64,000 bases of DNA, taken from Polymyxa betae A26-41. Its lineage: Eukaryota > Protista > Endomyxa: Phytomyxea. Position numbers and translations under genes: made by a program. The notes beneath the pieces are model-generated. The model had not been told where the DNA came from. It ran no database searches and worked only from the letters and a program-made list of their open reading frames with translations. Positions 1 to 11,280 of the stretch are shown one piece after another. The number at the start of each line of letters is the position of its first letter. Positions within the stretch are counted from its first letter, which is position 1. The stretch lies in contig RBZT01000861.1 of assembly GCA_003693705.1 (NCBI GenBank), forward strand, positions 7,126 through 71,125. Direction: 5' to 3'.

Positions 1-1122
1 GTTGGGTGACGGCCTCTCATGAGTCAGGCTGGGCCTCTCGCTGTCTTGTTTGTCGAAATCTCTGAAGGCCGCCAGAAGACGATATGTTCTTCGAAGGATA
101 TAACTGTGGCATTACCATTTCGGTGTAAAAGCAGATAGTGTTCAGAGCGTCAGATCATATATCCAGCCCTCCATGCTGAAGGTGCATTATTTTTTCACAG
201 CTAAAGAGAAGTATGGCGGCGGCTTATTAGGCGAATCAATTCAAGAAAGTATACAGTCGTGAAGTGAAGATGCTGGGCTAAAGCTCGTGTATTTGTATGG
301 CTGGAATTAGTTCTGCAAAATCGGATGAGTTCATCACTGATTTTCCCCATGACTTTGGCTGGACGGCTCTCGTCAAAGGTTTTGTTGCTGTGAAGCTGAA
401 AATCCCGAACTACAATCGACTGATCTTCCCAAGTGGACACCACACTGCAGCTTTACAAAGTTGCATTGTTTCCCTGCAGACCATGCTTTGAAACCAAATT
501 TTTGCTCACAACAGTGCTCAGCCAAAAGGCAACGTCCTCTTTTGAATTTGCCACAGACTGCTAGTTGTTTAACTCATCGTTCTATATCGTATGCTGTTGC
601 AAGGCTGAACAGAAAACTAGAGTATTTTGATTGATGGAAGCAGTTATAACTAACAGTTGCCGTTTGTTCAATCAGAACATTATCTCGACGAATCCAAGCG
701 ATTCGGTATATATAAAAAGGGATCAATTCGCACCTGCCTTTAGAACATTTCCAGCATTACATTGCTAATTCATCTGCAGCACTCCTCTCAGACAATCACC
801 CGCACTAGAGATACTGCTGGATGAACGATGACCAGCAGCCAGGGCATCGTTCATGCAGCACGTCCGATTCCATGTTCATGGATGTCTGTCATGGCTGGAA
901 AACGTGACCAGAATCGGAGTAGCGAATGGCCAGCGAGCTTCAGGCGCCACAGCCAGCAGACACATCAGACATTTATATCAGAAGCCTTACAGAAGCATAG
1001 CTAACCCTGAGAGTAACCTGTTGTGTTTACAGTTGTGGGCCCAATACCCCAATATGGGGTCATATATCTCCGTTACAGGCAGTAGAGGCATTAAACGCTG
1101 AATGTATTCTCGTCTATGGATT

Positions 1123-2758
1123 CTAATTTTGGACGTGCTGGCTCCAGGGCAAGACGGCGCCGACGCTGTCACGCCAGGTCTGCAGACGCTGCTGCAGGTC
1201 CTTCCAGACGGCGTCGTTCAACGACCGGTACATGCATGATGTGATCTGAACACAGGCCTAAACCGCGACCAAGATCAGTACGATCTTCGAACGAACCACG
1301 GAAAAAGAACAAAACAGAATTAGGCAGTCTTATAGAGTCTGAATCACACCCGAACAAGCGAAATTGAATGATTATGGAAAACATATAAGAGAAACGCCTT
1401 CAAAAAAATTCGAATATGTAACAAACTTAACAGCGGCTTACATCTTGTTCGTTGATCTGGGCATCGATCAGGCCCAACGACACCGCATCGATGACGGCCT
1501 GTTCGGTTTCATCCGAAGACGACAGCTGCAGCGATGTCTGGATGGTCTCCAGCTTCACCACCTACACGAACCCATAATCATCAGCCAAAGCCACGATCAT
1601 CAATATGAAAACAGCCACCTTCTGTCCCGATGCCAAACTGCACAGATTAAGGGCTTGCAGATATGTTCGCAGGCGATCGACGTCGATTTCGGCCTCGGCC
1701 AGTATGGAACCATGCTTGGCGCAGAAGGCGTCTAGATCGGCGGTCGACGACCCGCTACAGATCAGACCGAGCAGGTCGACGAGCGGTGATGACGGCACCC
1801 GCCTGGAAGAGATCGTCGCTAACAGACTGTCCAGCGTTGTGATTTCCCCAAATTTTAAAATCTGCAGAAATCGTCAAGAACAATTCGATTTCTTGATAGG
1901 CAAATTCGATCACGAAAAAAATCATCAACATTCGATTACGAAAAAATCATTCCGAATTTGAAACAAAGAGTATTGTTTACGAAGGCGATGGATTTGGAGG
2001 CAGCATCGGCCTGTAACTCACGAAGCGATTTGTCTTCGCTCACGATCGACAGGATGCGCAGACGCTGCTTCTGGGCCTCATCCGGGGCATCGCAGGCGTC
2101 GTACAGGCCCGCAATCTGCAGCCGAAATCAGATCCATTGGAGATGGCGGTCGAGGGCGATCATCATCAGACCAGGCTGAGCAGGCGCGCTTTGGCGACGT
2201 CCTCCAGCGACCAGTCCTTGAGCCATTGGTCGGCACAGCCGAGCGTCGATCGCAGGCTGGCGGCCAGCGACGCGTCCAGGCCGTACTGGAGCAAGGCGGT
2301 CAGGACGCGGCCCTTGATGGAGCCGACCTGGACGGCGTTGAACAGCGATACCATCGACCAGAGACGAAGATCGGCGGCGCCCTCGATCGCTGTTCAGACA
2401 CATGTCAAAATGAGTGGGTGGCCAGCATTCCCGACCAAATCAGATACATTTGCTGGCACAGGAAGTGATGCGTTCAGAGAGCTTGGCGATATCCTGGACG
2501 TTCATGGAGCTGATCGTGGAGAAGGCGATTGTGAGAGCAGCTTTGGCACGGGCGGCATCGCCGGCCAGCAGGTCGTCGATGCATTCGGCCGAGAGCAGCT
2601 GTACGGATTGGCATCAATGACAGCGATGGCGATGACAGCGGCAGCCATAGACTGACCTGGGAGACGTTATCGGAGGGCGACCTGTCCTTGGCTGGAACCT
2701 TATTGAGGAGAGCGGAGAGCTCGGCGATCGGATCCCCGACGCTCACGAACACGGTCAT
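1123..2758 (-). CDS. EIF3M: Eukaryotic translation initiation factor 3 subunit M (PCI domain), multi-exon
   Basis: Spliced translation MTVFVSVG...LRLSSMVSLFNAV...DQWLKDWSL...LQALNLCSLA...ETEQAVIDAVSLGLIDAQINEQD|ACVQITSCMYRSLNDAVWKDLQQRLQTWRDSV matches the eIF3m PCI/C-terminal pattern; all introns GT-AG. Confidence 0.85.
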
Positions 2759-2831
2759 TGCTCAACAAAGGCAAACGGAACGCCACGCCAGGACTCCGTC
2801 ACGGACTTCGAGATTGTGGCTCTCAGGCAAG

Positions 2832-2845
2832 CCCTAAAACCCTAA
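2832..2845. promoter_or_regulatory. Telo-box-like motif CCCTAAAACCCTAA in the eIF3m / FAD-monooxygenase divergent promoter
   Basis: Identical 14-mer also at 10974-10987; variant at 45596-45610; lies ~75 bp upstream of the eIF3m ATG. Confidence 0.45.
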
Positions 2846-3029
2846 CCCCTCGCTGCATCCGAATGTCGGCGAAATCCATCCAGTGATGATGCTATAGACC
2901 TACTTTGTTCGGATTCCCTCAAAAAAAATCATCACCCAACATTCATCGTTATGAACGCATCGCTGAGGGGGGCGGGTACGGCATCAGGAACCCGTCTCGG
3001 AATTCGGCGTTTTCGCGAACAGCGGCATC

Positions 3030-4085
3030 ATGCGGGTCGCGATCGTCGGTGCCGGCCTGTGCGGATTAGCGACGGCTCGGGCGATCGCGCGTTCGTGTCC
3101 GTCCGCCGCCGTTCAGGTCTTCGAATCGGGCCCGGGCGAGGCGCGTACGGCGGCGCGCTCGTTCCGGCGCCATGGCACCCGAATCCTGCTCAGCTCCGGG
3201 TCGCGAGCCGCCCTCCAGCAGCTCGGCATCGATCCGCCCCCGTCGAACGACCCGCCCCGGCATCTCGTGTACTACGATCATGCAGGCTCGCGGCCGCTCT
3301 ATACGGTTCAAGCGCCGTCCCTGGACGCCGTCTGGCTTCGTCGCCAGCTGCTCACCACCGAGGTCCAGTACGGCGCCGACGTCGCCGACCCGCAACAGCT
3401 GCTGGATGCGTTCGACGTCGTGATTGGCTGCGATGGACGTCGATCGGTTCTGCGCTCTGCTGCGGCTGACGTCATCGCCGAGCAGACGGAACGGGACCTC
3501 GGTCTGCGCCGGATCACGCTCGACGTCCCGCTGGCGGCGTTCGCGGCCGCCCAGCACCACGACCTGGCATTCGTCGGACAGCGCTCGATCGCCATCGTCG
3601 CGCGATACGGAGATCGACTGCGGGCGTCGCTGGTGACACCCAGCGACGTTGACAACGACGACCTGATCGCGGCGTATCGTCGCATCACCCGCGATTGGCT
3701 GCATCCGGTTCGCGATCTCGTCGACCATCTCGACCCTGAATCGGTCGTTGATTGCGACGCGATTCGTGATCGGGATGCGCCGCAGGTTCGATGCGGCGAC
3801 GAGCGCGTCAAGGTCGCCTTGGCTGGCGAGGCATTGTGGTCGTTGGCGCCATACACCGGGCATGCTGCTGGCGTGGCATTGGCCGATGCCGCCGCTATCG
3901 GTAAAGTTCTGGCGACGGATGGCGCGGATCTGTCCAAGTACTGGCGCCACGTTCAAGATGCCGCAGCGCCCTTCATCAACGAAGCTCGTGGAATGTCGCA
4001 GTTTATTCACAGCGACGATGTCGCCGATCGTCTCGTCGACCTGCAAAACAGACAACAGCAGCAATATGGCGCAGATCACGAATAA
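3030..4085 (+). CDS. FAD-dependent monooxygenase (class A flavoprotein hydroxylase family), intronless
   Basis: 351-aa ORF with N-terminal GAGLCG Rossmann motif, VIGCDG (DG motif) and a divergent GD motif (LAGEALWSLAPYTGHAAGVALADA). Confidence 0.85.
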   Translation: MRVAIVGAGLCGLATARAIARSCPSAAVQVFESGPGEARTAARSFRRHGTRILLSSGSRAALQQLGIDPPPSNDPPRHLVYYDHAGSRPLYTVQAPSLDAVWLRRQLLTTEVQYGADVADPQQLLDAFDVVIGCDGRRSVLRSAAADVIAEQTERDLGLRRITLDVPLAAFAAAQHHDLAFVGQRSIAIVARYGDRLRASLVTPSDVDNDDLIAAYRRITRDWLHPVRDLVDHLDPESVVDCDAIRDRDAPQVRCGDERVKVALAGEALWSLAPYTGHAAGVALADAAAIGKVLATDGADLSKYWRHVQDAAAPFINEARGMSQFIHSDDVADRLVDLQNRQQQQYGADHE

Positions 4086-4091
4086 ACATAT

Positions 4092-5644
4092 TTAGATTGT
4101 GGGAGTTGGCACCTCTGCTTTCGTGGCGGTATAGCATAAAGGCCATCTTTGTTGATAGCCAATCGTTAATGGATCGCGATGGCCCAGTTCGAACTTCATC
4201 TTTCCTGTGTAGGCGATCAAGGCGCCGTTATCGCCGCAGAACTGAGCCGGTGGGCAGACGAACTAAAAGGCAACATCAATCGAGAGGAGAAACATTCAAC
4301 ATCGATAAAGCGGTTACGTGCAGATTATGCTCTTCGGCGACGGTTTTGATGCAATTCTGGATGGCGACGTTGCAAGCGACACCGCCGCCCAGAACGATAC
4401 TCGTGAAGCCAGAATCGCTTCGCGCTTTCAGCGCACGTCTGAGCCTTGAACGTAGCTGACCGATGACCGATCGCTGGAAGGCGCAGGCGATATCAGCGAC
4501 AACGTCCTTGGTTAAAGGCGCCGTCAATTGTTCGATCTCTCTGCGAACTGCGGCCTGAACGCGATCAGATTCGATCCGGATGATCGCGGGCAATGCACCT
4601 TGAGCCCGGAGAACGAGAAGTTGCAATCAGTTCGGCGCAACATGGAGACTGGAAATTCGAAGTGATTCGGTCTGGTAGAGGCGGCCGCCGCCCTCTCCAA
4701 AGCACGACCAGCCGAACATCCGTTTTCCGGCTCGATGCCCAGCAGCCTCGCTACTTTATCATAGGCTTCTCCTAACAAACCAATTTAGCAAAATAATTAT
4801 TACAAAAAATAATGGATAATTAACAGGAATTTTGAAATTTGTTTTTTGGAAACCAACAATTGGACAGATAGCGTACCAATAGCATCATCCATTGTGCTGC
4901 CTAAAAGCTCATATTGGCCGAGACCCTTCACGACGATCGCTTGTGTATGACCGCCCGATAATATCAGGCCCAGATACGGGAACTGCAAATCTGCATCAGG
5001 GCGTCAGATGTGTGAAGACACGAATGCGAAGGGCGATTTCGACCCTCTCTCAGGTGATGGTTGATCATCAGGTGCGCTTCCAGATGGTTGACGGCGACCA
5101 ACGGAGCCGAGAACGCCTCGCAGATGCCCTTGGCGAATTCCAGACCCGCCTTCAGCAAAAATCTTTCATTAAAGACCTTTAAAATGTACGAGCGTTCATA
5201 CATGCAGACAGGGACCCAATCCAGGACCAGCAGCAACAGCAACGGCATCGAGGCTGAGGTCGCGATTTCGCTGCAAATGAAGCTGCTTGAGCATGCTGGA
5301 GAACAGAAGCGGAAGATTGACTTCGTGTTCTCTGGCGGCGAGAATCGGGACGACGCCGCCGTGCTCCCGAACCTATCTCTGGTTAGGATTCGCAGGCTCG
5401 TCCAGTATCTGCATACCAAATCCCATTGTGATGCGGTCTTCGACCAAACAATCCGATCGTTGTCGATTAGAGCGATCCCGCTTTCGTCACATGTACTTTC
5501 AATCCCTAAAATGTTCGCCAGAAAAGTTACTAAGAAGGCGATTGGCTCGAGATAGGCCATCATGATACCCAATATACGAAGCGTCCGCCTGGACAAGCAT
5601 GCCTGCAATCTAGATGACCGCCGCCATCGGCCAAGGCATTGCAT
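4092..5644 (-). CDS. OSGEPL1: Mitochondrial tRNA threonylcarbamoyladenosine biosynthesis protein (Kae1/TsaD/Qri7 family), multi-exon
   Basis: [56 protein letters not shown] and CGDNGALIA motifs after GT-AG splicing; Arg-rich presequence. Confidence 0.92.
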
Positions 5645-6060
5645 TGTTCAAGCCCAGGAATAGATTACAGCGCGACGAGCCTGGTGAAAAAATTGCCGAA
5701 GCCTCGATGCCGCCAACCCGAGAAGCGAGATATTGCCAGAAAACGACATTCGAGAGTTTTATTTGAATAAATCTTTCAAATTTCCAGCAATATATTGTTT
5801 TACAATTTCAATGGTTTTGTCTTTTTATGCAGAATTATACTGGTTGGATTTCCAGCGTTCGGTCAGCACTTGATGTGATGAGGCTGCAGCGTTAGGGGTC
5901 ACCCCATGACCCCATGTTACGAGTATGAGGACATGAGCAGAGAGGCAGGCGGCCCCTCGATCCACTGCCAGCCGCTTACCCGTTAGGGTTTGTGCACAGC
6001 AGCACAGAGTCCAGATTAGGGGTTCCAGTGGTCATCTCGACCATCTCTCTCACTTCTCTA

Positions 6061-7329
6061 ATGGGGTGGTCGTCAACGCCCGCCTTCGCCCTCGATTGCG
6101 ATCGATATGACCAATCATCCTACCTTGGTCGAGGTCTGCCTTGTTGATCCGATCATCTTCGAATGCGAGGCTGACCTTCGTTGTAGTGTTGAAATTCATC
6201 GATGTCACCCACCCCAGGAATCTGCTCGCCACCGATGACCAGGTCGCCGAATACAAATCCATCATCGACCATTTCCGCCGAACGGGCAAGGCGCCCGATG
6301 GAGTTTCCGACGACAACCTCTGGACGGCGCGCTCGGCTCTAGAATCTATCGTCCATCCCGATAATGGCAATCTGATACCATTGCCTTTTCGGTCCTCCAG
6401 TTTTTCGTATCGAACTCAATCTGCTGAAAAATCTTCAGATTTTCTGCTTTTGTTCCCGTCAATCTTCCAATATGTGTTGGGATGCTAACCGCCACCACAA
6501 TCCCGTCGACCATATTTTGGCAATGGATCAATCAGTCGGTTGGCGTTGTTTTGATAGCCTGTATTAGTTGCTCTAAGCGCCTCGTTTTCAGTATAACGTC
6601 GCGGTGAATCACGCGAATCGAAATGCTTCGAACCCGATGTCGAACGAGCAGATTGCGAAAGCGTACTGTGGAGCTGTCGGTGTTTCATGCGGTTTATCGG
6701 TTGGCCTCAGTCAGGTGAGTCTCTTTGCTGCTTCGATGTAATCTATTGAACCCTGTTCAGATAGCGCAACGTGCCAATTTGGCGCTTTTCAGGCAGTTTG
6801 TTCCATTCATTGCTGTGGCCAGCGCCGGAGCATTCAATGTCATTCTAATGAGGTATAACGAATTGACAGAAGGCATTGAAATCAAGGACGAAGAAGGCAC
6901 CGTATTCGGAAAGGTATTGAGATAATATTGTTACTCTCGAATCTCGTTCTGATCGGAATTAGTCGCAAGCAGCAGGTCGCTCTGCTCTAACACAAGTGGC
7001 TTTAACACGAATTGCACTTCCGTACTGGGCGCTTTACTACACGTTTTCAGTCGTTTGACTTTGTTATTAGTGCTCCTATATTGATTATTCCACCCTTGAT
7101 TATGAACGCATTGGCGAAGGCAAACAAAATTCCCACTGGTCGTTTGGGTCGCCTGTTTGTCGAAACGAGCGTTATCACCGCATGTCTAGCGATGGCTGTC
7201 CCGTTGGCAATCGGGCTATTCCCGCAGCATGGCAGAATCGACGCTGCGGATGTTGAGAAGGACTTCCAAGGGCATCGCGATAAGAAAGGCAATCCAGTCA
7301 TGCGGTTCATCTACAACAAAGGCCTGTAA
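6061..7329 (+). CDS. SFXN: Sideroflexin (mitochondrial tricarboxylate/serine carrier family), multi-exon
   Basis: RYDQSSYLGR, HPDNG..IPLPFRFSAFVPVN, FWQWINQSYNVAVNHANRN, VPFIAVASAG, MRYNEL and C-terminal YNKGL. Confidence 0.93.
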
Positions 7330-7372
7330 AGCGCCCAGCACTACTTTTTCTGATAAACATGGCGAGTTCTAA

Positions 7373-8113
7373 CTAATCTGAGAAACACCGAGTTGATGAG
7401 CTGAGGGCGGCAGCCGCGACATTGATTTCAAAGTAGATATCCGCGATCTGGGCTCCATACAATGGCAATAAGGAATGATCTACCATTGTGCATCATTCTA
7501 TCTGCTACTCATATCCATTACTTTTGCCATTACCGATCTTGACCAGTCCCTGCCTCTGCAAATTGATCCGGTCACTGAGAATACACATGAAGAATAACAA
7601 TCTCTCACTCTCAACCGGGTTCGACATGGCGATTGCATTTGAAAGAATATTGAGTTTAAACAGAGCAAAATGCTCGATTTCGAACAACGATGCATTTAGG
7701 ATGTACGCCTCCGGTGGCAGATACGGCTTTAAACGAGAAAGGAGGCTAATAACTGCTAACATTCAACAGATTCGCATTAGAATGTGATACGAATAAGGTT
7801 GGAATACGCCAGAGATAAGAGAATAGATGGTGTAGTAATCATGACCCATATAACAGATCTGATTTTACTGGCCAGAATCTACATAGCCTTTAAGCCAGCA
7901 TCACCCCCTCTCATACCCAGCCAATGGAATGACGAGTTCTAACGACCAGTTACGTATTCCTAATAACCAACGAATATGGACGATTTCATCGAGAGCGCTT
8001 GCGGATTGCAACGGTTTAGACACCAAGCTACCTAAGACGACGCAACTGACATTTTGGTCATGCCGCCATCTGGCAGTACCCGTCATCCCGTCCGTACCCG
8101 AATCTGCCCCCAT
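7373..8113 (-). CDS. Hypothetical multi-exon protein, head-to-head with MRG15
   Basis: Open exon LLSRLKPYLPPEAY...KIGNGK flanked by GT/AG sites, with a plausible last exon; 5' exon structure uncertain, no family recognised. Confidence 0.4.
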
Positions 8114-8256
8114 ACTGGCCCCCGAGATCGGGGAGGCGAGACGATTGCGCGGAGTTTGAACTTAGGCGATTGCGCACCACCTCCGGTTGTGTTGTTGTGT
8201 TTGTTGTTGTTGGTTGGTTGGTTGTGGTGACCGTCGACCGACCGACGAGTAGCGTC

Positions 8257-9416
8257 ATGGCAACGCCCGAGTATGAGGAGAACGAAGAAGTACTGGCCCA
8301 TCGTATGTTGGCCGGCGCTAGATTGCCGCCGTCCCTGCCTAACGATTGATAGATGGTCCGTGTATTTATGCTGCCAAGATCGTGAAGATCGCCCCGGCCG
8401 AAGAAAACCCGGAAGAATTCCAGTATCGGGTGCATTATCTGAAATGGAATAAATCGTAATCCGATGGCTGAGCTTGTTTGCTGATCGTTGATATTTGACG
8501 GGGCCTAGATGGGACGAATGGGTTCGTGGCGATCGGCTGATGAAGAAGACCGAGGACAACATGAAGAAGATGGATGAGGTCAAGAAACAGGTTGAAGAGG
8601 TGCTGAAAACCGGCAAGAGCCGCAAACCGAGCACAAAGAAAAGGAGGATATCGACTGAGCCGGGAATAGAGAAACCCGACCTCAAAAAAGACGAAGTAAC
8701 TTTTCTGATTTTCAGGATTTTGTAATTTGAATTTTCTGTACTGTAATCGCTTCACGAAAACATTTCTGATGGCAGCGTAGATCGCCCAGCTATCAATGCC
8801 AGCTAGCTTAAAGGCGGCTTTAATCGCTGATTGGGAGGCCATCTGCAAAAACAAGCTGCTCATCGATGTTCCCGTTAAACCCAATATTGATTCCATTATC
8901 GATGATTACATCGTTTCCAAGGTCGTCTCTGCTGTCTTCTTCCCATCATCCCAGCTGACCTTGCTGTTTAGCCACGTTCGGCTGAAGATCAGAAAGAAGT
9001 CGTTGATGTCATGAATGGACTTCGCGTCTATTTCGAGAGGTCGTTGGCTACCAGACTTCTGTATGACTATGAGAGACCACAGTTCAATCGGGTCAGTACG
9101 GAGCATGGGACGATGCCGCTCTCGAGCTTGTATGGCGTCCAGCATCTGCTACGGTTATTCGTGTTGTTGCCAACGTTAATGGTGCATTCCGATATGGACG
9201 TGGAACACACTCAAAAGCTGATCTCGAAGATCTCGCCTTTGTTAAAGTCTCGATCGAAATTCGTTGCATACTGAGAGAACTAATATGATTCTGTATAGGT
9301 ATATAGCCAAGAATCTACCGTCAATGGATTCGAAGAAGTATATCCCGATGTCCAGCGAATATTTGGAGGAATTACGCGGTGATAGCCACGCCGATGCCGA
9401 CGATAAAGAATCCTGA
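8257..9416 (+). CDS. MORF4L1: MRG15/Eaf3 chromatin protein (chromo-barrel + MRG domain), multi-exon
   Basis: VLAHHGPCIYAAKI...YRVHYLKWNKSWDEWV chromo-barrel; LKAALIADWE, GLRVYF...LLYDYERPQF and YGVQHLLRLFVLLP MRG motifs. Confidence 0.93.
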
Positions 9417-9574
9417 AGGCGCTGCGTTGTGTGAAAAAGCTTAATCGCGCTTAAATACTTATTTCAATGGATCTATAACACGATCTGAGTTTATAATACG
9501 TTTTATCCCTCTATAATCATGAGCGTTTTCTCTTAGACAATTTCGTACCAGAACTCTGTCCTATGCTTCTGGCG

Positions 9575-9819
9575 TTAACGTTCTTCTTTCGTATAGAGGT
9601 TGCAGATCGGCTTCATTTTTTGATAGAATGTGGCTTGCGTAGTCTCAAATTCTTGAACGATGTTTACCAGGAATTTCCAGCTTATTTCAATTGCCGTACT
9701 GCGATCTTACCTCGACGGCACCAACGGTCGAGGCCGACGAATCGCTTCGTTGGAGCCGGTATAGGCTTCATCATGGAGTGATGCGTTTGGTCTTTGACGA
9801 CGGCTAGCAGGACGCGCAT
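9575..9819 (-). CDS. Putative small two-exon protein (~61 aa) absent from the ORF track
   Basis: ATG at 9819, strong GAG|GTAAG donor, AAG acceptor; spliced MRVLLAVVKDQTHHSMMKPIPAPTKRFVGLDRWCRREFETTQATFYQKMKPICNLYTKEER*. Confidence 0.3.
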
Positions 9820-9892
9820 GAAGGCGAAAGTGAGTTTTATCGAGGTTTGCTAACAATAAATACAAAAGATCAATAAATAGATATCGCTCCGA

Positions 9893-10840
9893 TTAGAGCA
9901 ACGACCAAGTTTCTTGAAGATTTGAGTTCAGGACTAACACTGATATAGAATGTCAATCAAATGGCGAATGCATTGGCAAGCCGTTTACGCTTCTGAATCA
10001 GAACAGCAGTCCTGACGATTTCTTCGTCGATCTTGCTTGCTGCAACCGATGCTTTACAAACAACAACTAATGTTGACCTGTCAACTGCAAGCAGAACAAC
10101 TCGAACGTTCTGATTATGTAAACTGATGTGAACCGGCTGATCTCGTTGTGCATTCACTAAACAGATGTCAACGGTAAATCCTTCCTATCTATAAAACGTC
10201 ATACTGATGTCAGAAGCGGCACCGAGAAGCGCCTCTAAATTTGCCACCACCTAGCTGGAAATGATTCGCGATTCTTCAAAGCGACAACAAAGACATACTC
10301 CGACTCGATCGATCTCATGTGTTGAATAGAGTAGAGTATCTCCAGAGACTATTAAGCCAAGCAGGACGCCATTCACCAGTGTTAGCATATCAAGCGCTGG
10401 ACGAATCGAGCTGCGAATCGAGTCGCTGATACGATGATTGAATCCGCTAAAATCTTTCAGATTGGCGCTGATCTGAACTAATTGGGACGAATATTGCTGA
10501 ACGAACGAGTTTAGAATCTCCAGCGCTAAAATACGACCAAATATCGGGCCCTATGGTGCTAATATCAGCAAATACAAACAGGCAGTTGGAGGCTGTTTCT
10601 AACATCTGATTTATCATAGAACAATGAGCATGATACTTTGCATTTAGCATCGGAATGGATCGCCACAGAGACGTTCTTCAGCTCGATCAGCGAGACCGGA
10701 TACCCAGTACGAATCACCGACGACTTCAACATGGCCGTGATCAGACCGCCCAGGAGTCGAGGCTGGGGCAAGGTCGCTGTGAAATCCTTGGCGAACAAGA
10801 CAATCCCTGACGACGACACGATCAGGAGATTCCGCAGCAT
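9893..10840 (-). CDS. Conserved uncharacterised protein with N-terminal longin-like fold, multi-exon
   Basis: MLRNLLIVSSSGIVLFAKDF...PRLLGGLITAML...VSLIELKNVSVAI fits the longin beta-beta-alpha-beta pattern; GT-AG exons continue to LVLNSNLQETWSLL*. Confidence 0.65.
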
Positions 10841-10899
10841 CGTCACACGATGCCTTTGCTTAAAGGAGATTGTCGATAGCACCTAGCTAAGGGCGTCCT

Positions 10900-11280
10900 T
10901 TACAGCTGTTTCGTGTTTGACAGATTCCGGGCCAAGGGCGCAACCCGGCTTTGGGGCGATGGGGTCGCATCAACCCTAAAACCCTAATCGAGCTCGTGTT
11001 GTTTAAAGCCTGATTTGAGCGAATGGCGCTTTGAAAGGATATCAAACACATAGCTGCACTATACATTGATTCTGATCGGTCCCGTCTCTAAACTCGCGGT
11101 TTCTTTTTCAACAATGCATGTTTGTTACCTCTCCAGTTTGTTGCTCTCTCAAGCGGCTCTGTTCGTATCTTGCATTATTTCATTATTGATGCATCGTCTG
11201 TAATGAAGTGAATGTCAATCAAGCAGAAAAAGATGCTGAAAACCAGAAGAGATCATAGAAGCGACGTTAGAGAAAACCGG
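10900..11280 (+). ncRNA. Candidate structured ncRNA with telomerase-RNA-like core (speculative)
   Basis: ORF-free; helix 10903-10920/11042-11056 encloses two hairpins, AACCCTAAAACCCTAA (10972-10987) and an H-type pseudoknot; a long irregular hairpin follows at 11097-11279. Confidence 0.3.

Noticed and set aside
1-491. Possible 3' part of a + strand spliced gene at the window edge
   Set aside because: Plausible GT/AG sites but no consistent frame or recognisable product
1328-1339. Apparent non-canonical microexon (DSIR) in the last eIF3m intron
   Set aside because: A canonical acceptor (TTTAG|GCC TGT GTT CAG) supplies the four expected residues, so no non-canonical splicing is needed
3066-4079. 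Long antisense and alternative-frame ORFs over the monooxygenase (and over the SR, SCCPDH and importin genes)
   Set aside because: Expected shadow ORFs of GC-rich coding sequence; no recognisable motifs
5945-5991. Second telomere-like motif with nearby complementary GC segments on the minus strand
   Set aside because: A pseudoknot would need 0-1 nt loops (sterically implausible) and there is no enclosing helix; treated as a promoter telo-box
9703-9713. ATCTTACCTC resembling the U1 snRNA 5' end, followed by hairpins
   Set aside because: U1-70K and U1A loop sequences, helix H and the Sm site are absent; better explained as the reverse complement of a splice donor
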